DNA from: an uncultured Oscillospiraceae bacterium
GTDB taxonomy: Bacteria > Bacillota > Clostridia > Oscillospirales > Acutalibacteraceae
Direction: 5' to 3'
DNA length: 64,000 nt
Assembly: GCA_900543305.1 (NCBI GenBank)
Contig: UQQZ01000001.1
Location: 4,083-68,082, forward strand
In this document: positions 48,721 to 56,481 of the stretch, one piece after another
Layout: each line of letters begins with the position of its first letter
Position numbering within the stretch: the first letter of the stretch is position 1
Translations under genes and position numbers: made by a program
The notes under the pieces: generated by a model
Told to the model about the DNA's origin: nothing
Seen by the model: only the letters and a program-made list of their open reading frames with translations
Databases searched by the model: none

Positions 48721-49520
48721 GAATTCGTTGTCTCTTGTTTCTGCTTGTTTTCCCTGTTTTCTTGGTTGTTACCATACCCATAGCCATACTCATACCCATA
48801 GCCGTACTGCTTATAGTACCGTTTGTAATACCGCTTCCGGCCTGTCTCTGCCCCGTTGACGCCGGTCATGACAAATCCCAGAATCTTGGCATCTACAAAT
48901 CGAAGCTGCCGCACGGCTTCCGCCAAGGCTCGGCGGTTACTATAATTTTGCCGGACTACCAAAATCATTCCGTCCACCAGCTTCGAGACCACCAAGGGAT
49001 CCGAAACCGCATTGACCGGCGGTAGATCCAACAGAATGAAATCAAAATCTTTGCACAACACATCCATGGTAATGCGCATTTGCTCGGAACCCAACAGCTC
49101 CGAAGGATTGGGAGGAATATCCCCCGCAGTAATCACCCACAAATTTTTATGCAAACCAGACTTTTGCAAGACTTCCGCGCCGTTGCACTGACCTGCCAAA
49201 AGATTGGAAATTCCCTTGGTGTTGGATAAATTCAACCGCTTGGACAAGGTGGGAAGACGCATGTCTCCTTCCACCACCAATACATACTTGCCGGTTTCTG
49301 CAATGGAATAGGCAAGATTCAGCGTGGTGGTGCTCTTTCCCTCACCACGCACCGAACTGGTTACGCCAACCACCCGGCAGCCTTGACCTTCCGCCAGGGC
49401 AAATTCCAAATTGGTACGGAGCAACTTGTAGGCTTCTGAGGCGGCAAAATTCAGGCGGTCGCCGATCATGACGCCATACTCCTGACTGGAAAGCTCCGCC
49501 ATCTTCTTTTTCTTATTCAT
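48717..49520 (-). CDS. CpsD/CapB-type BY-kinase (tyrosine autokinase)
   Basis: Walker A SSVRGEGKST, Walker A' VVEGDMR, Walker B ILLDLPP. The C-terminal Tyr cluster reads YYKRYYKQYGYGYEYGYGYG. Confidence 0.9.
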   Translation of the reverse strand: MNKKKKMAELSSQEYGVMIGDRLNFAASEAYKLLRTNLEFALAEGQGCRVVGVTSSVRGEGKSTTTLNLAYSIAETGKYVLVVEGDMRLPTLSKRLNLSNTKGISNLLAGQCNGAEVLQKSGLHKNLWVITAGDIPPNPSELLGSEQMRITMDVLCKDFDFILLDLPPVNAVSDPLVVSKLVDGMILVVRQNYSNRRALAEAVRQLRFVDAKILGFVMTGVNGAETGRKRYYKRYYKQYGYGYEYGYGYGNNQENRENKQKQETTNS

Positions 49521-50284
49521 GGATTCTCCCCCTTCCCCGCTGCGCTATTACCGCTATCCCGGTAATAATTCTCCCGGCTCTTGGAAAGTAAGTCGGGCAC
49601 AGCGGCCAACAAGGGCAGATCGAAGGTTTCCCGGACATAATCTTCATCTCGGATCTGTTCATCAAAAAGCTCGAATAGGATGATCACACCGCAGCTGATC
49701 ACGGCGCCCAAGAGCAAACCAATCATGGTATACCGGGAAATACTGGGAGAAGACTTGTGGGAAGGAACCACGGCGTAATCCACAATCTTCGCGGAGCTCC
49801 CGTCGATAATCTGAGAAATCCGCTCTGGCAATAGATCCGCAATGGTGTTGGCAAGCTTTTCCGCTTCCTGTGGATCGGCACTTGTCACCTGAATTTCAAA
49901 TACCTCTGTAGAGTTGACAGCTCCGGCAGTAATCATTCCCGAAAGCTGTTCATATGTATAGGGAACATCTGCCGCCTCAATAACCTCTTCCAAGGTGCCC
50001 CGGGTTTTCAAAATCACCAGGTAGGTTTCCACCAAGCTTTGGGCAGCGTTCAAGTCACTTAAATCCACCTGAGTACTGCCCACGGAAACGGAACTGTTAT
50101 TTACATACATCATGGCGCTGGCCTGATACAGAGGCGTAACAAGAAAGTAGGCGTAAGAAAACGCTGCGCCGCCACAAATAATCATGGCCAACACAATCGC
50201 CCACGCCCGCCGCCACAGAGCCTTCGCCAGTTGCACCAGGTCTATCACCATCACATCGTCTTTTTCTCTTACGGGTTTCTCCAC
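49517..50284 (-). CDS. CpsC/Wzz-type chain-length determinant and kinase modulator
   Basis: Two TM segments flank a Wzz-like loop. It overlaps the kinase start. Confidence 0.8.
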   Translation of the reverse strand: MEKPVREKDDVMVIDLVQLAKALWRRAWAIVLAMIICGGAAFSYAYFLVTPLYQASAMMYVNNSSVSVGSTQVDLSDLNAAQSLVETYLVILKTRGTLEEVIEAADVPYTYEQLSGMITAGAVNSTEVFEIQVTSADPQEAEKLANTIADLLPERISQIIDGSSAKIVDYAVVPSHKSSPSISRYTMIGLLLGAVISCGVIILFELFDEQIRDEDYVRETFDLPLLAAVPDLLSKSRENYYRDSGNSAAGKGENP

Positions 50285-50329
50285 TGGATCTTCTCCTTTT
50301 CAGTTCTCCGGTTCATAACATCCTATCCG

Positions 50330-51199
50330 TTAAAAAGCACTGGGATAATTTTCCGCACAGTAAGTTTCTTCTTTCCAATCCGTGCTCATTTGCTCGTCTT
50401 CTAACAGCTTGTCATAAGTTTGATCCACCAGCTCCGCCAGGTTGGCCAGGATTTTTTCCCTTGTGGCAGAATACAGCTTGTGAAGGTACCGAGGGTTGCA
50501 TTTCTCCGGCTCCACCTTGGCGTCCAAGGACAAGCTTTGAATTAGCTCAGTCACCACAGTCCGGCGAATGGGCTTCCCATTCCGGCCCAGGAATACGGGG
50601 CCTTCCCGCAATCCCGACTGACGGATATAGTCCATCAATTCCTTCTGAACACAGGGAGAAATACGGATCGTCCGCTTTACTCCACTGGGATATACCACCA
50701 AATAGCCAGCGACTACTGCTTCTACCGTTAAGCTGGGAAGCTCCTGCACCGTAAGGCCTGTTGTAGCAAAGATCTTTACCAAAAGATAGGCCCGTTTTTT
50801 CCCCAAGGACCGCGCTGCAGATAACAGCCGAAGATATTCCCCCCGAGACAATTCCCGAGGCGTCTCCTCTGCTCCCACAGGCAGTTGGGTGGTGGACTGA
50901 AACTCTCGCAAACCCACAAACTCCAGAAACCCATTGACAGATGAACAAAGCAAATTGACCGTTCGAGGCATATATCCCTGTTCCAACAGGTCGCCCTGAA
51001 AACGGTCCATATCTCCTTTGCAGAGAACCTTGTCTTCTGGCAGCCAAGCAAAAAACTTGGTCAGACCTCTTTGGTAGCTGTCGATGGTCCCTGGTGAATA
51101 CTTTCGGGAAACCAACTCATCCAGATAAGATTGCACACTTTCCCAGGTAATGCGACTTTCATCCCCATTGAACTCTGGACCAGATACCGGGTCTTCCAC
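50330..51199 (-). CDS. Tyrosine-recombinase-like protein with a degenerate catalytic set
   Basis: Trimmed to the GTG at 51199, 6 nt after GAGGAGAGG. It aligns along its length with the 51554..52399 product, but TGIR is replaced by TGLT and HNLRH by PRYLH. Confidence 0.65.
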   Translation of the reverse strand: MEDPVSGPEFNGDESRITWESVQSYLDELVSRKYSPGTIDSYQRGLTKFFAWLPEDKVLCKGDMDRFQGDLLEQGYMPRTVNLLCSSVNGFLEFVGLREFQSTTQLPVGAEETPRELSRGEYLRLLSAARSLGKKRAYLLVKIFATTGLTVQELPSLTVEAVVAGYLVVYPSGVKRTIRISPCVQKELMDYIRQSGLREGPVFLGRNGKPIRRTVVTELIQSLSLDAKVEPEKCNPRYLHKLYSATREKILANLAELVDQTYDKLLEDEQMSTDWKEETYCAENYPSAF

Positions 51200-51222
51200 T
51201 GCAATCCTCTCCTCAAGTTTAT

Positions 51223-51242
51223 GACAATATTTACATATTGTC
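51223..51242. promoter_or_regulatory. Perfect palindrome GACAATAT-ttac-ATATTGTC immediately upstream of the recombinase-like/cps operon start
   Basis: Read directly from the sequence. It lies about 25-45 nt upstream of the GTG at 51199 and overlaps a weak -10-like CAATAT. Confidence 0.4.
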
Positions 51243-51269
51243 TTATTTATCGTAATAGTAAAACTGGCA

Positions 51270-51329
51270 TCTCCCTTTAAAAAATAAAATAAATGCCCAT
51301 ATTCTCCTAAATTTAGAAAAATATGGGCA
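51270..51329 (-). terminator. Terminator/attenuator-like hairpin in the leader of the cps operon
   Basis: 10-bp arms TGCCCATATT (51294..51303) and AATATGGGCA (51320..51329). They are followed on the minus strand by TTTATTTTATTTTTT. Confidence 0.5.
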
Positions 51330-51338
51330 AAGTAATTA

Positions 51339-51374
51339 GGCCGAAGAGAAAAAATTGCCTCTTTCGGCTTTTTT
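51339..51374 (+). terminator. Plus-strand-oriented intrinsic terminator-like hairpin
   Basis: GGCCGAAGAG ... CTCTTTCGGC (one bulged T) followed by TTTTTT. No plus-strand gene lies upstream of it. Confidence 0.45.
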
Positions 51375-51420
51375 GGCGTGCTCTGATAATAATTTTCACT
51401 TGCTCTTTTTGGGGTAGTAT

Positions 51421-51457
51421 GATAAAATATAAAAGCCGGTAGCGAAAAAATCGGCTT
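51421..51457 (-). terminator. Possible terminator downstream of the tyrosine recombinase gene
   Basis: On the minus strand, AAGCCG-13 nt-CGGCTT followed by TTATATTTTAT. Confidence 0.4.
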
Positions 51458-51553
51458 ATAGGAAGCTAAACCTGACAATTTGTAAATTTTGTTCTATTTA
51501 TTGTGCCAATGAATCCTTGGCTTTTTTCGTTATCACAGGCTCCCCCACAATTC

Positions 51554-52399
51554 TTACAGAACCAGTCTTAATCGCTCCAGGGTATAAGCGTGTTCCGCGC
51601 CTGTGGAGATCAGATAAATGCGGGTGGTTTCCATGCTGGAATGTCCCAGAACATCTGCCAGCTTGGCAACGTCGGGACAGACCTTATAAAAGATTCTGGC
51701 AAACAAGTGACGAAGATTGTGGGGAAACACCTTGGATGCCGCTACCCCAGCCTTGCTACAGAGAGCTTTCATCTGTGCCCAAATCTGTTTCCGGGAAAGA
51801 CTCGTTCCGTTTCTGGTGAGAAAGATCTCCCCAGAGACGGTTTTTTGTTTCTTGGCGTATTGCAGCAATTTCTTCCGCAATTTTCCAGGAATCAAAATGG
51901 TGCGAATTTTTCCTTTGAGAGAGATCTCTGCCCGCCCCTGGTTCAAGGCCTCCACAGTGATATACTTGACCTCGGACACCCGGATACCCGTCCCGCAGAT
52001 CGTCTCCATCAGAAGCACCAAGCGCTCCTGTCCCAATGTCTTTGCAGTGTGCAGCAGGCGGTTGTATTCCCCTCGGGTCAACTCCTTGTTGTCATCCCGG
52101 AACAGTCTTCTTTGCAGGCGCAATGTCTTCACGCGGTATTCTCGCCACCCCATGAAATCAAAAAATCGGTTGATGGATACCACCATGGAATTGATGGTTC
52201 CCGGACAATAATTTTTGGAAAGCAGATGTTCTTTCCAGGCTGCCGCCCGTTCTTTGGACACTTCTTGGTCCCCAAGCCAAAGGGCAAACTCCCGAACATG
52301 ACGCAAATAATTCTCAATGGTCCCTGAGCTTCGCTCGTCCTCCTGTAAATGCCGGCAAAAGGCCTGGATCTCTGTAGATGTGATACAATGGTCATTCAT
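51554..52399 (-). CDS. Tyrosine site-specific recombinase (XerC/XerD-like) with an intact catalytic set
   Basis: SAM-like N-domain (SGTIENYLRHVREF). Catalytic residues are GTGIRVSE (Arg), KGKIRT (Lys), HNLRH (His-x-x-Arg) and GHSSMETTRIYL (His, Tyr). Confidence 0.85.
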   Translation of the reverse strand: MNDHCITSTEIQAFCRHLQEDERSSGTIENYLRHVREFALWLGDQEVSKERAAAWKEHLLSKNYCPGTINSMVVSINRFFDFMGWREYRVKTLRLQRRLFRDDNKELTRGEYNRLLHTAKTLGQERLVLLMETICGTGIRVSEVKYITVEALNQGRAEISLKGKIRTILIPGKLRKKLLQYAKKQKTVSGEIFLTRNGTSLSRKQIWAQMKALCSKAGVAASKVFPHNLRHLFARIFYKVCPDVAKLADVLGHSSMETTRIYLISTGAEHAYTLERLRLVL

Positions 52400-52575
52400 A
52401 CAATTTTCCTCTCTCCATTAAAGTACCATTATTTTTCCACATTCCCATCAGGCTATGCCCTGTCCTCTTTCTTTCCAATGGGCGAATTTTAATTTTTTCT
52501 GAATATTTTAATATGACACTCACCTTCTCTGGAAGGATGTGGTATAATTCTACATCATATCCCCTTTAGGAGGCT

Positions 52576-53061
52576 TTGTCCATGACCCGATCCCGAAAAA
52601 TTGCGGCGGGGATCCTGCTGTTTCTGCTGCTGTGCAATCTTTGCTTCATCTGGGGCAACTCCTTGGCCAGCAAGGACAGCTCTCACAACATGAGTATGAA
52701 TGTGCTGGATGTTCTCCCGGCCTTTATCCAACAGCTTTTCTCCAATGTGGAACAACTGGAACATATCGTCCGCAAACTGGCCCATTTTTCCGAGTTCGCC
52801 TGTCTGGGGGGACTGGGGTGTGGATTGCTCATCGTCTTCCAAAAAGTTTCTCTCCACCCGGTAGTTCATTTGCTTTCCGGCGGATTTTTGGCAGCATCCA
52901 TCGACGAAACCATTCAAATCTTTTCCCATCGGGGGTCTCAGCTGCAGGATGTGTGGCTGGACTTTTCCGGTTTCCTGGTGGGTACGGGCATTGTCTTGGG
53001 GATCTACGCCCTTGGGCATTTCCTGGGAAAACAAACAGATCAACATTCCCCGGCCGCGTAA
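52576..53061 (+). CDS. VanZ-family membrane protein
   Basis: KLAHFSEFACLG ... SIDETIQIF ... WLDFSGFLVG. Extended -10 TGGTATAAT at about 52540..52548. Confidence 0.75.
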   Translation: MSMTRSRKIAAGILLFLLLCNLCFIWGNSLASKDSSHNMSMNVLDVLPAFIQQLFSNVEQLEHIVRKLAHFSEFACLGGLGCGLLIVFQKVSLHPVVHLLSGGFLAASIDETIQIFSHRGSQLQDVWLDFSGFLVGTGIVLGIYALGHFLGKQTDQHSPAA

Positions 53062-53123
53062 ACATTTCCTGCCTTCCAAAAAATATCAATTTGCTTCCCA
53101 AGCCCAATGATCCTGAGCTAAGG

Positions 53124-53162
53124 AAACACCGCCTTTTCATCCGATGAAGGCGGTGTTTTTTG
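53124..53162 (+). terminator. Rho-independent terminator of the VanZ gene
   Basis: CACCGCCTT ... AAGGCGGTG stem followed by TTTTTT. Confidence 0.8.
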
Positions 53163-53591
53163 TATACTATTATATTATATATTATGGCGTCTTCGGAAAC
53201 GTGCAGGGTTCGGCCACCGGTTAACGGGAATTTTAGAGGCCAGCAGAAGGGTTATTCCAGAAGCAACAATCGCCAGGAAATCTTTTTTCCAATGGGGATT
53301 CCACTCATTCCGAAGAAGGGTCCCTCTTGGGTGCAAATAGGACAAGATTCCAAACGACATTTTTATTTTCTCACTTTCATACCAATGCACAGGGGTGATA
53401 CGTTTGGAAAACGCACAAAAAGACTTGATCCGTGTCCTACTGGAGCACCTTTGCTCCCAAGGACTCATTTCAACCGCCATCTGCTCTCAGGCAGCAGATT
53501 GGATAGATTCTCATGGAGATTTCCCTCCGTTTTTCCGGTATCCTGAGAACTCCACAAAGGAGGTAACCATTCGAAGGAGGTAACTAGTGGA

Positions 53592-55215
53592 ATGAACGTG
53601 CTTAAAATCCGCAACGAATTGCGCAATGGAAAAACCATTTTTGACCTGCCTCTCCGGGTGACCTTTTACGCTCGTGTCTCTACGGAAAAGGATGAACAGC
53701 TCAACAGCCTGGAAAATCAGGTTCAATACTACACCGAGCTGATCCAATCAAAACCCAACTGGACCTATGTTCCGGGGTACATTGACGAAGGCATCAGCGG
53801 CACCAGTACAAAAAAACGAGACAGTTTTCTCCGGATGATCGAAGACGCCAAGAAGGGCCTCTTCGATTTCATTATCACCAAGGAAATCTCCCGTTTTTCC
53901 AGATCCACTTTGGACAGCATCCAGTACACCCAGGAGCTGCTGGAACACGACGTGGGGGTCCTGTTCCAAAACGACAACATCAACACCCTGGACGGAGACA
54001 GCGAATTCCGGTTGGTGGTCATGGCCGGAGTGGCCCAGGATGAGGTGAGGAAGCTTTCGGAACGGCTGAAATTCGGATTCCGGCAAGCCATCAAAAACGG
54101 CCATGTATTGGGAAACGACAAGCTGTGGGGATACAATAAAAAAGACTGCGTCCTCACCATCAACGAGGCGGAGGCCGCCGTGGTTCGCCGGATTTTCGAC
54201 CTGTACGCCAACCAGAAAATGGGCATCCGGCGCATCTCCCAACAACTTTACGACGAAGGGTATACCAGCCGGATGGGCAACGCCTTCAATGTTGCCACCA
54301 TCCGACACATTTTGGAAAATCCCAAATACAAGGGCTGGTTCTGCGCCGGAAAAACCCAGACGGTGGATTACCGCAGCAAACGGAAGATAGTCCTGGACGA
54401 AAGCGAGTGGATCACCTACCCGGATCCTTCCATCCCAGCCATCGTCTCCGAGGAACTATGGGACCGGGCCAACGCCCTTTACAAGCTTCGGAGCAAGCAG
54501 TGCATGTCCCACCAGCACGGAGCCGATTACCATCACCGCTATCCCTACAGCAGCAAAATCTTCTGCGAGGTCCACAACGCCACCTACCACCGGGCAACAT
54601 CTCGGGGATCCCGGGACAAAAAGGAAATCTGGCAGTGCCAAGTCTACCACAAACGCGGCAGAGCCGGTTGTTCTTCCCCCTTGATCCGTTCCACAGAGCT
54701 GGACCAAATCCTGGCAAGTATTTTTGACCAGCTGATCCTCTCCAAAGAGGCTGTCGTGGATCAAGTGATTCAGGTGATTCAAGCGGTCCCCCATACGCGG
54801 AACTATCAGCGGGACGCCTCCCGGATTGAAGGGGAAATCACTTCCATTCAGGGGAAAAAGGACCGGATCCTGGAAATGAGCATTGACGGCACTCTTCCCC
54901 ACGAAGAATTCAAACTGCGCAACGATGCCTTCAACCGGCAAATCCAGGACCTGGAAAAGCAGCTGGAGACACTGAAAAAGGAAGAGGAAAAAAGTAGAAT
55001 GACCCCGGAACAGCTGGAGAAAATGCGGCTCTCCCTGACACGGGTTCTCTCCCATGAAGACGGTATCTCCTCTGCCCTGGTCACCTCGATCCTAGATCAC
55101 ATTTTGGTCAAAAAAAACAGCACCAAACAGGTGCTGGAACTGGAGATCCACTTAAAATTTGGGAACCCTTGGGAGGTTTATTACCAGCGAAACGAGGGTT
55201 CCCTTCGCTTTCAGC
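53592..55215. mobile_element. Right end of a sigK-intervening (skin-like) element; left boundary not identified in this window
   Basis: A serine recombinase gene points at and abuts the breakpoint of an interrupted sigK. Confidence 0.5.
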
Positions 55216-55358
55216 CTTTTTTATTATGTGCGCCACAAGACGCAAATTGTGTTCCACAAGTTTCTGTCTGGCGGCTTCACTCCCTTGGGCCATTTCTTCC
55301 AGACAGAGTTTTTCCTCGGCGGCGGAAAGGGCTTTGGGAAAGGTTCCCCCGCCGGTAA
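53592..55358 (+). CDS. Large serine recombinase (SpoIVCA-like; resolvase, recombinase and zinc-ribbon domains plus a coiled coil)
   Basis: FYARVSTEKDEQLNSLENQ (catalytic Ser), ISRFSRS, recombinase-domain motifs, and Cys pairs (CEVH...C..C). The last 47 or so codons run antisense through the sigK fragment. Confidence 0.85.
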   Translation: MNVLKIRNELRNGKTIFDLPLRVTFYARVSTEKDEQLNSLENQVQYYTELIQSKPNWTYVPGYIDEGISGTSTKKRDSFLRMIEDAKKGLFDFIITKEISRFSRSTLDSIQYTQELLEHDVGVLFQNDNINTLDGDSEFRLVVMAGVAQDEVRKLSERLKFGFRQAIKNGHVLGNDKLWGYNKKDCVLTINEAEAAVVRRIFDLYANQKMGIRRISQQLYDEGYTSRMGNAFNVATIRHILENPKYKGWFCAGKTQTVDYRSKRKIVLDESEWITYPDPSIPAIVSEELWDRANALYKLRSKQCMSHQHGADYHHRYPYSSKIFCEVHNATYHRATSRGSRDKKEIWQCQVYHKRGRAGCSSPLIRSTELDQILASIFDQLILSKEAVVDQVIQVIQAVPHTRNYQRDASRIEGEITSIQGKKDRILEMSIDGTLPHEEFKLRNDAFNRQIQDLEKQLETLKKEEEKSRMTPEQLEKMRLSLTRVLSHEDGISSALVTSILDHILVKKNSTKQVLELEIHLKFGNPWEVYYQRNEGSLRFQPFLLCAPQDANCVPQVSVWRLHSLGPFLPDRVFPRRRKGLWERFPRR

Positions 55359-55413
55359 CATGGAGAAATAAAAACAGAACGTGGGAGAACAGTTCCATGA
55401 GCTGTGTGAACAT
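55216..55413 (-). pseudogene. sigK: 5' segment of an interrupted sigma-K gene (spoIVCB-like: pro-sequence plus regions 1.2/2.1)
   Basis: MFTQLMELFSHVLFLFLHVTGGGTFPKALSAAEEKLCLEEMAQGSEAARQKLVEHNLRLVAHIIKK aligns with the pro-sigma-K N-terminus (...FPQPLSSSEEKKYL...ARNMLIEHNLRLVAHIVKKF). Similarity stops after KK, at about 55216. Confidence 0.8.
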
Positions 55414-55545
55414 AGAGGACCACTTCCCTTCTAAAATGTGTTTCATATATATGGAGCAGTTTCCTCCGTCGTGCCAGTACACCTACAAAAGGGGACGGCT
55501 TCCCTTTGAAGCCGTCCCCATCTTCCTTTTCTTTTCCTTGATCAA

Positions 55546-56253
55546 TCAGTGACCAGAGGGTTTGCGAAACAGCAAATCCTTTTCATCGGTCAGGTCCGCA
55601 TGGACCAAACGCACCAAGACAATCCCTAAGGGAATCAGGTTCAGCCAGATAGCTTTGGCATACAGTGCATGCCCCACCACCGTGGAGAGAACCCCTCCGG
55701 AAAAGAAGCACCCCAGCATGCCCAGAAAAAACAGCGCCCGGTCCCGGGCCTGCCGATCTTTCTTCCGAATGGCCTTGGCAAAAGAGATCCCCACCTGACG
55801 CAATTGGTTGGTACAAAACGTGGTGGCCATGGGAATTCCCTCCGCTTGGCGGAAGGTATTATACTGCATGGAAGCAATAAAATTCACCAGCACCTGCACC
55901 AGGTGATTGGGCCAACTGAGGGGAATAAAACCAATGATAAACAGAGAAATCACTTCAAAAGCTACCAGATAAGTATCCCATCGGAGAAATCCGAACCGCC
56001 GCATGGGAGAAGGAAGAATTTCAGATAAAAAAGCTCCGGCCAAATAAGCGGTGATGGGAATCAGATAATATCCTCCTCCCAGCCAATCTCCCTTGCCGAA
56101 AGCAATTGCCATCAAGACAATATTGGCGGTGTGCGCGTTACAAAATACCCCGCCCCGGAGATTGAAGGTATAGGCACCCATCATCCCTGCACTGAAGGTC
56201 AACAGCGCGAACACACTTCTCTTTTCACAAACCAGATATTTCTTCTCTTCCAT
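55546..56253 (-). CDS. YoaK/DUF1275-family membrane protein
   Basis: FALLTFSAGMMGAYTF ... ANIVLM pattern with 6 TM helices. ATG 56253 is preferred over 56289. Confidence 0.7.
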   Translation of the reverse strand: MEEKKYLVCEKRSVFALLTFSAGMMGAYTFNLRGGVFCNAHTANIVLMAIAFGKGDWLGGGYYLIPITAYLAGAFLSEILPSPMRRFGFLRWDTYLVAFEVISLFIIGFIPLSWPNHLVQVLVNFIASMQYNTFRQAEGIPMATTFCTNQLRQVGISFAKAIRKKDRQARDRALFFLGMLGCFFSGGVLSTVVGHALYAKAIWLNLIPLGIVLVRLVHADLTDEKDLLFRKPSGH

Positions 56254-56481
56254 AGCATTCCCTGCCTTGCCGATGTTTTTCAAATCCACGTCGCATTATA
56301 TACCTAAAACGATAAAATAGCAACTTTCTGCTAACAGGAAATCCCTCGAATCGATTTCAGAAACCGCCTGCCCAGTCCCGTTCCCATTCGGCCGGGCATG
56401 CTACTAAACTCTCTTAAACTTTGTCTTAGATTTCATCTGTTCGGGCATACTAAGTCTATCCTTAAAAAGGAGGGCTTGGGC

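Noticed and set aside
48735-48800. GYGYEYGYGYG-coding repeat at the 3' end of the BY-kinase gene, considered as an independent repeat element.
   Set aside because: It is the normal C-terminal tyrosine cluster of CpsD/CapB-type autokinases, so it is explained by the gene call.
51200-51478. N-terminal 93 codons of ORF 50330..51478 (MSGLASYKPIFSLPAF...). Similar long 5' extensions occur on ORFs 47225..48301, 121..1392, 11079..11660, 7785..8666 and 5376..7154.
   Set aside because: The extensions run through AT-rich or antisense sequence with no protein-like features. Internal starts with good SD spacing coincide with the beginning of family homology or of a signal peptide.
53160-53591. Small ORFs left of the serine recombinase (53395..53583 +, 53160..53546 +, 53175..53480 -), and a T/A-rich stretch at 53155..53195 as a possible left att site of a minimal 2-kb sigK element.
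   Set aside because: None resembles sigK or any family I can name. The sequence immediately to the left is the VanZ terminator, not sigK coding sequence, so a 2-kb element bounded here would leave sigK without its 3' half. The 62-aa ORF may be real, but I cannot support it.
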